41,836 bases of DNA from Methanomicrobia archaeon (GCA_016928455.1 JAFGKP010000065.1:1-41836), one strand, 5' to 3'. Shown: positions 25,131 through 34,482, numbered from the stretch's first letter. Made by a program: numbers and translations. The notes: generated from the sequence alone by a model not told the origin.

Positions 25131-26741
25131 TCAGCAGAGCAGCGTCGCGATGACCGTGAGAAACACGGGCCCGCGTATATCAATCTTCCGGTTCGTTGAG
25201 GTTATGTATCGCGCAGCCACATCGTCAATCATGATATTGATGTCCGCGCCGCTCCGTACGATCTTCACATTTACCGTAATCGCTCCCTGCTGCGCCAGCT
25301 CACCATTCTGAGCGGATTCCTCGATCGTAGCGGCAGCGAGTGCCGCGAACGCGTCAAGAAATCGAATATTCGTGGGCACGCCCTCTTCGAACTGCTTCGC
25401 CCATTTCTCGGTCCTCGGGAGTCCCTGTACCGAACCAGCAAAGACGACGAGTTCGTTCTGCGTTGCAGGTCCGCAGAGCCTGGTGTTCTCCTCGGGCTCG
25501 ATCACCTTCACCGCAACCTGCTTACCGCAGAGGAGCCCATGGTACGCGAGGAACTCGCACGGTGATTCCACGCTCCCGTGGTCGTCACAGACCCGGATGA
25601 TGCTCTGCTCGATAGCCCGGCCTTCAGGCGTTTGCGGCGTCTTCTCCAGTTTGATAAGTTCCGCAAGCTCGAGATCGCTCAACACAAAGGGCGCGTGGAA
25701 TTGCGGGAAGACCAGAGCCCTTACGTCATCCGATTCATGCACGATCATTGCCAATCGCTCGACGCCAAGCCCGAGATTCATGACCGGATACGGAATATCA
25801 TACTGTGCCAGTGCGGTAGGCGAATAGATCCCGAAGGTAGCCAGCTCGACCCAGCCGAGTCGCGGATGGTGGCAGAAGACCTCCGTTTGCGTATCGGGCA
25901 TATAATACTTCGACCGCTTCTCATCCGGTCGGAATCGGATCTTGCGAAAGCCGAACTGCGAGAGCAGTCCGGTGGCCACTTCTTTGCCATCATCCAAGCT
26001 CACCGCGCCGTCTTCGTTGCTGAAGACGCAGGAGGCGGAATGGTAGCTTCGCAGCCGTATCTCATCTTCACGCTGCTCGCGGCGGAAGCAGCGATCCACG
26101 GAGAAGAGTCTGATCGGTAACGGCTTTTTATGCACGAGCTCTGCAAGCGTCAAGAACCAGCCGGAGGTCATGTGGCTCCGCAGGGTCGCGTTCGATGCGA
26201 CCGGAGCGATCTCTCGCAACTCGGGGAAAACGGTATCCAGTACCTTCGTCACCTGCATGTCCTCAACGCTCAAGCTCTGCGCTAATTCGTACACGAGATC
26301 ATCGCCACCGAGTTCACCACGCTTATACCGGTGCAAAGTCTCACGAAGCTCACTGATCTCCGCCGTGAGCTCCTTCTCAAACTGAACATTCATCTGCTGT
26401 ATGCGCTCATCGGAGATGCCGATGTCCGGCCGCGGCAGTCCGGCGAGATAGTAGCAGCGATCTAGAACGGCCAGTGCTTCCTTGCCGAATTGCCGCTTCA
26501 CGTCGTCCGCCTCGATGATCACCGGATTGATCATCTCCTCGAATCCGAGCCGCAGATAAGCAGCACGCAGCGCCTGGATGGTCTCGAGCACCGGATGGGG
26601 CTTGCCCCATCGCATCTGTCGTAACGAACGCGGATAGCATTCGTTCACGCGTCGCTCGCTCGCGTACTGTACGCCGCGACTCCAAGCGCCTTCAAAATCC
26701 GCGCTCGTTTCCGCCCGGATCTCTTCAGGATCAAATTTCAT
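25131..26741 (-). CDS. sepS: O-phosphoserine--tRNA(Cys) ligase (SepRS)
   Basis: 536 aa. GKPHPVLETIQALRAAYLRLGFEEMINPVIIE and FSVDRCFRREQ (class II motif 2) closely match my memory of the Methanocaldococcus SepRS N-terminal core. Confidence 0.88.
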   Translation of the reverse strand: MKFDPEEIRAETSADFEGAWSRGVQYASERRVNECYPRSLRQMRWGKPHPVLETIQALRAAYLRLGFEEMINPVIIEADDVKRQFGKEALAVLDRCYYLAGLPRPDIGISDERIQQMNVQFEKELTAEISELRETLHRYKRGELGGDDLVYELAQSLSVEDMQVTKVLDTVFPELREIAPVASNATLRSHMTSGWFLTLAELVHKKPLPIRLFSVDRCFRREQREDEIRLRSYHSASCVFSNEDGAVSLDDGKEVATGLLSQFGFRKIRFRPDEKRSKYYMPDTQTEVFCHHPRLGWVELATFGIYSPTALAQYDIPYPVMNLGLGVERLAMIVHESDDVRALVFPQFHAPFVLSDLELAELIKLEKTPQTPEGRAIEQSIIRVCDDHGSVESPCEFLAYHGLLCGKQVAVKVIEPEENTRLCGPATQNELVVFAGSVQGLPRTEKWAKQFEEGVPTNIRFLDAFAALAAATIEESAQNGELAQQGAITVNVKIVRSGADINIMIDDVAARYITSTNRKIDIRGPVFLTVIATLLC

Positions 26742-26836
26742 CGTTCTTTCCTGTACCGCTCAGTAACTCCTTACTTACTTAATCTCTCCGAATATACGTA
26801 CGTATGTTATAAATAGTGCGTGTATAAGAGTGGACT

Positions 26837-27310
26837 ATGCCGGGCGATTTTGCGGGTGTTCTGGAGATTCTCTGGGTGATTCTCACGGCGATGACCCCTA
26901 TTAGCGAGCTCAGGGGGGCTATTCCGCTCGCGCTCTTCGAGCTGGGCATGTCGCCTGTTCAAGCATATCTCTATTCGGTAATCGGGAACATGCTGCCCGT
27001 CATACCGCTACTCCTCTTCCTCGAGCCGGTCTCGACCTGGCTGCGGCGATACCGGAGCTTCGATCGCTTTTTCGACTGGCTCTTTACGCGCACACGTCGC
27101 TACGACGCTCGCATGGAGAAGTATGGCGCGCTCGGGCTCGCATCCTTCGTGGCCATTCCGCTGCCCATGACGGGCGCGTGGACCGGCTGTGCCGTCGCCT
27201 TCGTCTTTGGCATTCGCTTCAAATACGCGTTCCCCACGATCCTTGCGGGTGTGCTGGTCGCCGGGGTGATCGTCACACTCTGGTATCTGGGTGTGCTGGT
27301 GATTTTATAG
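26837..27310 (+). CDS. Small membrane protein of the putative small multidrug export family (COG2426-like)
   Basis: PISELRGAIPLAL signature, 4-5 TM helices, 157 aa. A TATA-like GTTATAAATAG lies about 20-30 nt upstream of the ATG. Confidence 0.65.
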   Translation: MPGDFAGVLEILWVILTAMTPISELRGAIPLALFELGMSPVQAYLYSVIGNMLPVIPLLLFLEPVSTWLRRYRSFDRFFDWLFTRTRRYDARMEKYGALGLASFVAIPLPMTGAWTGCAVAFVFGIRFKYAFPTILAGVLVAGVIVTLWYLGVLVIL

Positions 27311-27387
27311 CACTACTGCAGAAATGAGGATTGATTGAGTGAAGCTCAAGATTTTTAACGTCTCAGAGCCATTGGTTCAGTAAGATA

Positions 27388-28002
27388 ATGGAGCTCGAGT
27401 TCGAAGACGAAAAACGGATACGGTTCGCGCGCGAGTTCTCCGAGCTGGATAGATTCGTCTTTGAGTTTGTCCGCGTTCTGAATAATCAGGGGATACGGTA
27501 CGTGGTGGTGAGCGGCTATATCACTATTCTCTTCGGACGAACGCGAACAACAGAGGACATCGATCTTCTTAGTGAAAAGATCTCATTTGATGAGTTCAAT
27601 AAGCTCTGGCTTATGCTCAGCGAGAACTATGAATGCTTAAATACCACAGATGTTACTGATGCTTATTCCCATTATCTGCTTAATGCTACTGCAGTGAGAT
27701 TCGCCAAAAAAGAGCAGTTCATTCCAAATATCGAGTTCAAATTTATCAAAGATGAGGTTGATTATTACAGTCTGACCGAAGCGATAGAGGTTAGGGTCGG
27801 TGATAACACGCTAAACATCTCTCCACTAGAGCTTCAGATTGCGTACAAGATGTTCCTGGGCTCGGAGAAGGATCTGGAGGACGCGATGTTCTTGTTTGCA
27901 CTCTTTACCGAGTATCTTGATCTCCAAACGCTTATGACGTTCCTTACTAAATTCGGCGTTGAGGATGCGACCGTCAAGCAGTATCTAAAAGGCTTGCTAT
28001 GA
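27388..28002 (+). CDS. Nucleotidyltransferase-fold-like protein (DUF2204/minimal NTase-like)
   Basis: VVVSGYITILFGRTRTTEDIDLL fits the hG(G/S)x9-13 D-h-D pol-beta NTase signature. GC content is lower than the surroundings. The rest of the protein is not recognised. Confidence 0.5.
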   Translation: MELEFEDEKRIRFAREFSELDRFVFEFVRVLNNQGIRYVVVSGYITILFGRTRTTEDIDLLSEKISFDEFNKLWLMLSENYECLNTTDVTDAYSHYLLNATAVRFAKKEQFIPNIEFKFIKDEVDYYSLTEAIEVRVGDNTLNISPLELQIAYKMFLGSEKDLEDAMFLFALFTEYLDLQTLMTFLTKFGVEDATVKQYLKGLL

Positions 28003-28199
28003 ACATTGATCTGCAGGAGCTGGAAGAGAAGAAGGAGCGAAACCGGAAGGAGCGCTTGGAGTTCATCGCGCTACAGGTAGAATGGCTGAAACGGACGCCG
28101 AATGCGGTCTGGTCAAAGCAGCAGGCGGCATTTATTGATTCGGTGCTTGCGAGCGCGCAGCGATCAGGACGGGGGAAAGAGCGCGGGAAAGATGTTTAG
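27999..28199 (+). CDS. Small charged helical protein, translationally coupled to the NTase-like gene
   Basis: 66 aa. Its ATG overlaps the upstream stop (ATGA at 27999-28002). The sequence is Lys/Glu/Arg-rich and predicted helical. Confidence 0.4.
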   Translation: MNIDLQELEEKKERNRKERLEFIALQVEWLKRTPNAVWSKQQAAFIDSVLASAQRSGRGKERGKDV

Positions 28200-28323
28200 A
28201 TTGAGAAAGCAGACTGATGCGGACACCAGAAACCGTTTTCTGTAGTCGCAACCAAAAACGCAGGTACAAAAAAGGTCGCGGAAGGCTTTTATACGTACGC
28301 GGGCAAGGGATGTAAGAGCAAGC

Positions 28324-28521
28324 ATGAAGCGGGCGATAAACCTCATACTCAGGATCGTCGTATGCCTCGCGCTCTTTATCGCCGTCATGTTCTTCGTCGC
28401 CTGGCTGCTCGAGGATATTATTTACTTCTCGCTCTTCATTGGGATCCCCGCTGGTCTCATCAGTGCACTGGTCGCCTTCGTGGTGCTCACCTGGTATTAC
28501 GGAAACTCAAAAAACCCGTGA
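28324..28521 (+). CDS. Small two-TM membrane protein
   Basis: 65 aa with two clear hydrophobic helices. CTTTTATA at 28287-28294 lies about 30 nt upstream of the ATG. Confidence 0.4.
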   Translation: MKRAINLILRIVVCLALFIAVMFFVAWLLEDIIYFSLFIGIPAGLISALVAFVVLTWYYGNSKNP

Positions 28522-28537
28522 TGCGGAGCCGAAACGG

Positions 28538-28795
28538 CTACGCCACTTGGTCGAGCTCATCGTACTTGGTGAGCAGCTCGTTCCAGACCTTTAACGTCTC
28601 CTGCGCCTCTTCCTCGTCGATCGTCTCTATCGCGAAGCCTGCATGGACAATAACGTAATCCCCTACCTCGACGTTCACGAGCGAGATATCAATTTCGCGT
28701 GATACGCCGCCGAAATCAGCCTTCGCTCGTCGTCTTAGTCCGCTTTCTTCTCGTTCCCCAAGCGCCACGATCTTCGCCGGTATCCCCAGGCACAT
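28538..28795 (-). CDS. hypC: [NiFe]-hydrogenase maturation chaperone HypC/HupF
   Basis: Invariant N-terminus MCLGIPAKIV. 85 aa. Confidence 0.9.
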   Translation of the reverse strand: MCLGIPAKIVALGEREESGLRRRAKADFGGVSREIDISLVNVEVGDYVIVHAGFAIETIDEEEAQETLKVWNELLTKYDELDQVA

Positions 28796-28808
28796 GATAC
28801 ATCAACCT

Positions 28809-31061
28809 TTACGTTTGTTCCTTAAATGTCCTGCCCACTATCACGTTCTGACCGATCGAAACGCCGCCGTCTCCGTTCGGTATCCGATCGTGCGTCAGGA
28901 ACGTGAAGCCCCGCTCTTTCACCAATCGCTCGGCCATTCTGACGATCGGGAGATCATAAGAGACCCCGCCGGTTATCCCGATTGTCTGGACTCCCGTGCT
29001 CTCGCAGACGTCCGCAGCGATCTCCACCAGCTCCTGCAGCAGTGTTTCCACGAATGAGTATGCGACGTCCGCTTTCTCCTGCTCCGTGCTGATTCGATAG
29101 TCCGCTAACTGGTCGAAGAGCGGTAGCGTTCGCACGATCTTCCGATCCGATGCTTCGACCGTCGTCTCGAACGCGTACGTGGGTTCACCGTGCGCTAAAT
29201 ACCGCTCGAGCTTCATCGCCGGCTCGCCATCGTAGGTCATCCGCTGACAGATGCCGAGATAGCAGGCGAGCGCATCCAGGACGCGCCCGAAACTGCTCGT
29301 TAGCGGCGCAGTCCTCATGAGCTTACGCATGACGCTCGCTTCACGCTCAGTTAGTAATCGGCCAGCATCGCGCTCTCGTCCCAGGAGTGAATAGATGGCG
29401 AAGACGAGCCGACGGGGGTCGCGAATCGCCATCTCGCCACCAATGAGCGGGATCTCTTCCAGCGAGCCGACGCGTTCGAAGGAATAGTAATTGGAGAAGA
29501 GGAGCTCGCCACCCCAGGCCTTTTTATCCAGACCGTAGCCCGTGCCGTCCAGAGTCAGTGCCATCACCTCTTCGACACCATTATCGAGCATCAGCGCTGC
29601 CGCATGCGCCCAGTGATGTTGCACCGCAACAAGCTCGAGCGAGTATTCATCGGCCAGCGATTTCCCGTACCGCTTCGTCGCGTAGCCGGGATGTACATCC
29701 ACGCCGATCGCATCGATATCGTCCATCGCGAGCCCCAGCAGTTTCAGCAATTGCTCCGTTCCGGCAGCGAGGAACTCCAGCGTCGGGTAGTGGAACGTGC
29801 TGCCGATGTACTGGCTGGTAAACAGTTTGCCATCTTTCGAGATGCTGGACGAGACATTCTCCATCGCGCCCAGTGACAGTATCCGCTCGGTATACGGGAC
29901 GGTGAGCGCGGTCGGCACGAATCCGCGTGATCGTCGCAGGAACTGGCTTCGAGCGCCGTAGCATTTGACCACCGAGTCATCCAGCCGGTTTACGATCGTC
30001 CGATTGTGGAGCAGGAAATAATCAGCGGTGAGGTTGAAGGCCTCCTCGTTGCTGACCGTCATCGGCTCACCCGGTACATTCGCCGAGGTCATGAGTATCC
30101 CGTGGGCTTTGAGATGGTGGAAGAGCACATGATGCAGCCCGGAATAAGGCACATACACACCGACCGTGCTCAAGCCCGGTGAAATCCCCGCCAACTCATC
30201 TAAGTCCGAATTCGATTTCTTCTCCAGCAGCACGATCGGCCGCTGTGGGACGGTCAATAATCGCTCCTCGTGCTCGGTCAGATTCAAGTGTTTCTCAATC
30301 GCCCGCACATCGCGGAACATCACAGCAAAGGGCTTCGATGGCCGCCCATAAAGCGCTCGCACGCGATCTGTCTGCTCGAATGTCCCGAGAAGATGCATGC
30401 CGCCCCAGCTCTTCGCGATGCCAAGTGCACCTTCGTCAATCAGTCGTGCAAAGGTCGCGATCGGATCATTATCCGCAAGCACTCTCTGGTCCTTGTCGTA
30501 CAGGGTATATGTTGGGCCGCAGCGCGGGCACGACGTCGTCTGCGCGTGGAAGCGACGGTCCTGCGGATCCCTGTATTCCGCGAGACAATCCTCACACATC
30601 CGGAATTCCTGCATTGAGGTAGTTATACGGTCGTACGGGACGTTCTTGATGACCGAGAACCGCGCGCCGCAGGAGGTGCAGTTGATGAATGGATAGAGAT
30701 ACCGGCGATTCGCGTGATCGAAGAGCTCACGGACGCACTCATCGCAGATCGCTGTGTCTACGGGCGTCACGGAAGTCTTGCGCCCTTCTGAGCTCGTAAG
30801 TATCGAAAAATCGTCATACCCGTTAATTTGCTCGTCCTTAACTTCGATCTTCTCGATCGCGGCGAGCGGCGGCAGCTTCTCACGGAGCAGATCCAGGAAA
30901 TCGGCCACGCTATCGCCGTTTCCAGCGCCCTCGACAAGCCCGATCTCCACGTTCGAGCCTTTGTTCAGCACATAGCCGTGCAATCCGAGCGCTTTCGCCA
31001 CCCGATACACCGTTGGCCGAAAGCCAACGCCTTGCACCGTGCCACTCACCATGATCTTCAT
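28809..31061 (-). CDS. hypF: Carbamoyltransferase HypF
   Basis: Acylphosphatase domain (VSGTVQGVGFRPTVYR). Two Zn-finger pairs (CDECVRE...CTSCGARFS and CEDCLAEY...CPRCGP). YrdC-like and Kae1-like domains follow. 750 aa. Confidence 0.92.
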   Translation of the reverse strand: MKIMVSGTVQGVGFRPTVYRVAKALGLHGYVLNKGSNVEIGLVEGAGNGDSVADFLDLLREKLPPLAAIEKIEVKDEQINGYDDFSILTSSEGRKTSVTPVDTAICDECVRELFDHANRRYLYPFINCTSCGARFSVIKNVPYDRITTSMQEFRMCEDCLAEYRDPQDRRFHAQTTSCPRCGPTYTLYDKDQRVLADNDPIATFARLIDEGALGIAKSWGGMHLLGTFEQTDRVRALYGRPSKPFAVMFRDVRAIEKHLNLTEHEERLLTVPQRPIVLLEKKSNSDLDELAGISPGLSTVGVYVPYSGLHHVLFHHLKAHGILMTSANVPGEPMTVSNEEAFNLTADYFLLHNRTIVNRLDDSVVKCYGARSQFLRRSRGFVPTALTVPYTERILSLGAMENVSSSISKDGKLFTSQYIGSTFHYPTLEFLAAGTEQLLKLLGLAMDDIDAIGVDVHPGYATKRYGKSLADEYSLELVAVQHHWAHAAALMLDNGVEEVMALTLDGTGYGLDKKAWGGELLFSNYYSFERVGSLEEIPLIGGEMAIRDPRRLVFAIYSLLGRERDAGRLLTEREASVMRKLMRTAPLTSSFGRVLDALACYLGICQRMTYDGEPAMKLERYLAHGEPTYAFETTVEASDRKIVRTLPLFDQLADYRISTEQEKADVAYSFVETLLQELVEIAADVCESTGVQTIGITGGVSYDLPIVRMAERLVKERGFTFLTHDRIPNGDGGVSIGQNVIVGRTFKEQT

Positions 31062-31082
31062 ACTTTGTCCATCCTCTCAACT

Positions 31083-31862
31083 TCAGAGCGTCTTACCTGA
31101 TCTTATCTTCTCTGCGATCCGGCGAACCGCACGTACCGCGGGCGAATCATCAGGCAATTCCACCACGGGCCGACCTTTACTGTCGTATTCGATGATCAGC
31201 GGGTCAAACGGGATGATCTCGTCGAGTTCGATTCCATACGAGGATGCAATCGCCTGAAATTCCTCGGCCGCGCCTTCAGGTATCTTGTTCGCCACGATGA
31301 GTAGTTTCTTCACATCAACGTCGATCTCACGTGCGATCTCCTGGAGTCGCAGCGCCGTCTTGATGCTCTTCTGTGTCGTGTCGAGCACCACGAGCATGAT
31401 GTCCACGTCACGCGTGGTCCGCCGGCTGAGATGCTCCAGCCCTGCTTCACAATCGATGATCGTGTACTCGTAGTTCTGAGCGGCGGTGTCAATGATCACG
31501 CGTATAAGGTGATTCACGGGGCAGTAACAGCCCGGGCCTTCAGGACGGCCCATCACCAGTAGGTCATAGCGGTCCTCTTCTGCCATAATCGCTGAAATTT
31601 TGCCCTCGAACTGCGACCGCAAATCCAGGGCGATGTTCCGCTGCTTCTCCTCCAGTAGCTGCTCCCTGATATCACCCACGCTCTTTTCACAGGCCACACC
31701 GAGCGCATCAGGCAGGTTCGAATCCGCATCCGCGTCGATCGCTAAGATGCTGGTAGTCTGGTCTCCGTGTACGCTCAGAAGTTCCCGTAGCAACAGAGCA
31801 GCGATAGCCGTTTTACCCGTGCCGCCTTTTCCTGCTACCGCTATAACTTTACCGTTTTTCAT
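31083..31862 (-). CDS. cooC: CooC-type nickel-insertion ATPase (CODH/ACS accessory protein)
   Basis: Deviant Walker A AVAGKGGTGKTA and the metal-binding CYCPVN (CxC) motif. 259 aa. Confidence 0.85.
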   Translation of the reverse strand: MKNGKVIAVAGKGGTGKTAIAALLLRELLSVHGDQTTSILAIDADADSNLPDALGVACEKSVGDIREQLLEEKQRNIALDLRSQFEGKISAIMAEEDRYDLLVMGRPEGPGCYCPVNHLIRVIIDTAAQNYEYTIIDCEAGLEHLSRRTTRDVDIMLVVLDTTQKSIKTALRLQEIAREIDVDVKKLLIVANKIPEGAAEEFQAIASSYGIELDEIIPFDPLIIEYDSKGRPVVELPDDSPAVRAVRRIAEKIRSGKTL

Positions 31863-31906
31863 CGATCAACATGAGTGCTGCGTAAGAGAAAAACGCAACG
31901 TGTGAG

Positions 31907-32053
31907 CTAGCGAGTGCGACGTGTGGACTTCATCCGTAAGTTACTCGAGTTGCATTTCCGGCATCGCGTCGCTCTCATCGCGTTCCGCGCGTTGCAATCC
32001 ATGCAAATCTTCATCCGGAAGAGCCGTGCCTCAGCCTCTGGAAAGCGTGCCAT
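31907..32053 (-). CDS. rpl40e: 50S ribosomal protein L40e (48 aa; absent from the supplied ORF track)
   Basis: Hand translation gives [48 protein letters not shown]-stop. This has the L40e signature [18 protein letters not shown]....T.CRKC. GGTGA (complement of 32063-32067) lies 9 nt upstream of the ATG. Confidence 0.85.
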   Translation of the reverse strand: MARFPEAEARLFRMKICMDCNARNAMRATRCRKCNSSNLRMKSTRRTR

Positions 32054-32104
32054 TACTGTTCTTCACCTCTCTCTTTTATCGTTACTATAACTCAGTGCAC
32101 TAAC

Positions 32105-32112
32105 ATTTAAAT
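32105..32112. promoter_or_regulatory. Palindromic TATA-like box ATTTAAAT in the divergent rpl40e/asd intergenic region
   Basis: It lies about 21-28 nt upstream of the asd ATG (32133) and about 52 nt upstream of the rpl40e ATG, which has an SD-containing leader. Confidence 0.35.
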
Positions 32113-32132
32113 CTTTTCACGCGTTTTGGATT

Positions 32133-33197
32133 ATGGGAACTATGAGAAAACGAAAAGTAGGCGTTCTGGGTGCAACGGGTAGTGTTGGACAGCGCTTCGT
32201 GCAGCTCCTCGAGGGACATCCCTGGTTTGAGCTCGGGGCGCTGTTTGCTTCTGAACGAAGTGCAGGTAAGCGGTACAAGGATGCAGCGCAGTGGTTCCTT
32301 CCATCCAAACTGCCCCAGGAGGCTGCGGAAATGGTCGTGCAGCCCATGGACGCCATCGGCGCACCAGCGAACGAGGAGCTAGCGATCATGTTCTCGGCAC
32401 TACCGGGCGACGTTGCGAGTAAGGTGGAGCGACGCTGCGCGGAATTGGGCTTCGCCGTCTCCAGCAACGTGGCAGTACATCGGATGGAGCCCGACGTGCC
32501 GCTCATCATTCCCGAGATCAACGCGGATCACCTGGCACTGATCGAGATGCAGAAGTCGAACCGGGGCTGGGATGGCTTCATCGTCACCAATCCAAACTGC
32601 TCTACGATCGTTATGGCCTTAAGTTTGAAGCCTTTGCTGCCACTGGGCATTCATACAGTTCACGTCGCTACGATGCAGGCCGTTTCGGGCGCCGGCTACA
32701 CCGGCCTGGGCTCGATGGCAATTTTGGATAACGTCATTCCGTACATCGGTAAGGAAGAGGGGAAGATGGAGCGCGAGACGCTCAAGATACTCGGCCGCCT
32801 TGACGGCGCCAGCGTGCGGAACGCGCCCTTTACCGTTTGCGCCTCCTGTCATCGCGTTCCGGTAATGGACGGCCATACCATGGCGATCTGGGTGAACTTC
32901 AAGGATGCAGTAAGCGCTGATGCGGTAAAAGATGCATTTCTGAACTTCAGCAGCGAATTCAAGACACCGTTCGCGCCTGAAAAGCCCGTGATCGTCCGTG
33001 AGGAGCCTAACAGACCCCAGCCAAGGTTGGATCGCGATGCGGGCAATGGCATGAGCGTTTCCGTCGGCCGCATTCGATCCGGTAACGTAGGAAACGAGAT
33101 CAAATACATCGCTCAGGGCCATAATACCGTACGTGGCGCGTCTGGCGCGTCAATTCTGAATGCCGAAGTACTCGTAGAGCGTGGCTATATCCCGTAA
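32133..33197 (+). CDS. asd: Aspartate-semialdehyde dehydrogenase (archaeal type)
   Basis: VGVLGATGSVGQRFVQLL NAD(P) motif, active-site region NPNCSTI, and H in the HRVPV context. 354 aa. Confidence 0.85.
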   Translation: MGTMRKRKVGVLGATGSVGQRFVQLLEGHPWFELGALFASERSAGKRYKDAAQWFLPSKLPQEAAEMVVQPMDAIGAPANEELAIMFSALPGDVASKVERRCAELGFAVSSNVAVHRMEPDVPLIIPEINADHLALIEMQKSNRGWDGFIVTNPNCSTIVMALSLKPLLPLGIHTVHVATMQAVSGAGYTGLGSMAILDNVIPYIGKEEGKMERETLKILGRLDGASVRNAPFTVCASCHRVPVMDGHTMAIWVNFKDAVSADAVKDAFLNFSSEFKTPFAPEKPVIVREEPNRPQPRLDRDAGNGMSVSVGRIRSGNVGNEIKYIAQGHNTVRGASGASILNAEVLVERGYIP

Positions 33198-33252
33198 TCA
33201 CGGTCAGAATCGAACGAGATCCCCTGCTCAGCTCAATACAGAAAACGGAAGA

Positions 33253-33816
33253 ATGGCTCAGGAAAACGCGCGAAAAGCGCAGTACAGGTTCGTTGTGGGA
33301 ACCGTCAGTATAGTATCGGTGAGCGAGTTCCTTGCTGCGCTGAAAGCGGTAGCAGAGCAGCACGCCGTGACCATACAGGCGCTGGATACCGACCTGGTAG
33401 TGAGTGAAGCGCACCTGCACGCGGCCGTTGAGAAGGCGCTGCGGGCCGTGAAGAAGGGCACGAACATCACGAGCGAGTTAGGGATGGAGATCCTGGTATA
33501 TGCTGCGGGAAAGCGGCAGATTGGCCGGGCACTGGCGATGGGCGTTACTGAAGGCACGAAGCGTATCGCCTGTATCATCGTTGCGACGTCGGCGGGAACG
33601 GATTTGGATGCGGTCGTCGTGGCAGTAAAAGCGAGCACAGGCCTCAGCGAGGAGCTAGATGCGCTGCAGCTCTCGCAATTAGAGCATGATGTGTCGAAGC
33701 GAGCCCGATTGAAGCGGTTCTTCGGGATCACGGATAGTGAGCTGAGTGCGGTAGGCGAGGAGAAGTTGCAACAGCTCGTATTGGAGCGCGTGGCACTTTT
33801 AGACGTGCTGAAATAA
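33253..33816 (+). CDS. cgi121: KEOPS complex subunit Cgi121
   Basis: SELGMEILVYAAGKRQIGRALAMGVTEGTKRIACIIV closely parallels Methanocaldococcus Cgi121 (SFWMEILVRASGQRQIHEAIKIIGAKDGNVCLIC), and the C-terminus ERVALLDVLK also fits. I prefer ATG 33253 over the track start, which overlaps asd. Confidence 0.65.
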   Translation: MAQENARKAQYRFVVGTVSIVSVSEFLAALKAVAEQHAVTIQALDTDLVVSEAHLHAAVEKALRAVKKGTNITSELGMEILVYAAGKRQIGRALAMGVTEGTKRIACIIVATSAGTDLDAVVVAVKASTGLSEELDALQLSQLEHDVSKRARLKRFFGITDSELSAVGEEKLQQLVLERVALLDVLK

Positions 33817-33853
33817 CCAGAAGCAAAAAAACAGATGGCGGTGGAGCGGAAGT

Positions 33854-34432
33854 ATGCTTGAACTCGAACTGAGCATTTTGGGCGCGATACTCTTCTTTTT
33901 ACTGAGCCATCTCGCTATGCTGACCTACTACAAAAAATACGATTACTGGTGGCATTACTATTGTGATCTCGGCTATACAATCCCTAACAATCGTCTCTCA
34001 ACGATCCTTTATAGGGCTGGATTGATCCTCTTCGCCGTGCTGCAGATCCCTCTGTGGGTTAACATTGACTCGTATTTGACCATAAACATCGTATTCATTA
34101 AAGCTGCTGGATTGATAGGTAGCATCTCTTTTATTTTGATGATCGTATTCCCTTATGAGCGGTCAAGAAGGCTGCATTTCTTATCACTATTCTCTGCGTT
34201 CACCGGGGTGACTGCAGCGTTCATTATTGCGAACTATGAGCTTCATCATGCTCTTTTGAATGTTTATTTTTGGTGCTTCCTCGTTTATATCTCTGTTGTT
34301 ATTATAACAACAGCCTTGTACCGTAAAGAAATGAAGCTGGCACATAAATACCAAGCACCGGTGCAAAAGACTTTCGTTATTCTCTTCCTGGTTACGGTCA
34401 TCGTCTTTTGCCTGACCCTGGCGTCGGCTTAG
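33854..34432 (+). CDS. Hypothetical polytopic membrane protein
   Basis: 192 aa, about 6 TM helices, lower GC than the neighbouring genes. No family recognised. Confidence 0.5.
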   Translation: MLELELSILGAILFFLLSHLAMLTYYKKYDYWWHYYCDLGYTIPNNRLSTILYRAGLILFAVLQIPLWVNIDSYLTINIVFIKAAGLIGSISFILMIVFPYERSRRLHFLSLFSAFTGVTAAFIIANYELHHALLNVYFWCFLVYISVVIITTALYRKEMKLAHKYQAPVQKTFVILFLVTVIVFCLTLASA

Positions 34433-34482
34433 TGAGTCGTGTACGGTAAGTTAGTGGTCGTTTGCGACAAAATGGACTGGTT

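Noticed and set aside
31715-31725. GGTTCGAATCC, the classic tRNA T-loop sequence, on the plus strand.
   Set aside because: The flanking bases do not form a T-stem (GCAGG versus CCGCA), and no acceptor or anticodon arms can be drawn. The sequence lies inside the cooC coding region (DADADSNLPD).
33181-33252. Track start of the Cgi121 ORF, which overlaps the asd 3' end.
   Set aside because: The extension (MAISRNHGQNRTRSPAQLNTENGR) is low-complexity. The Cgi121 fold begins near the internal ATG at 33253.
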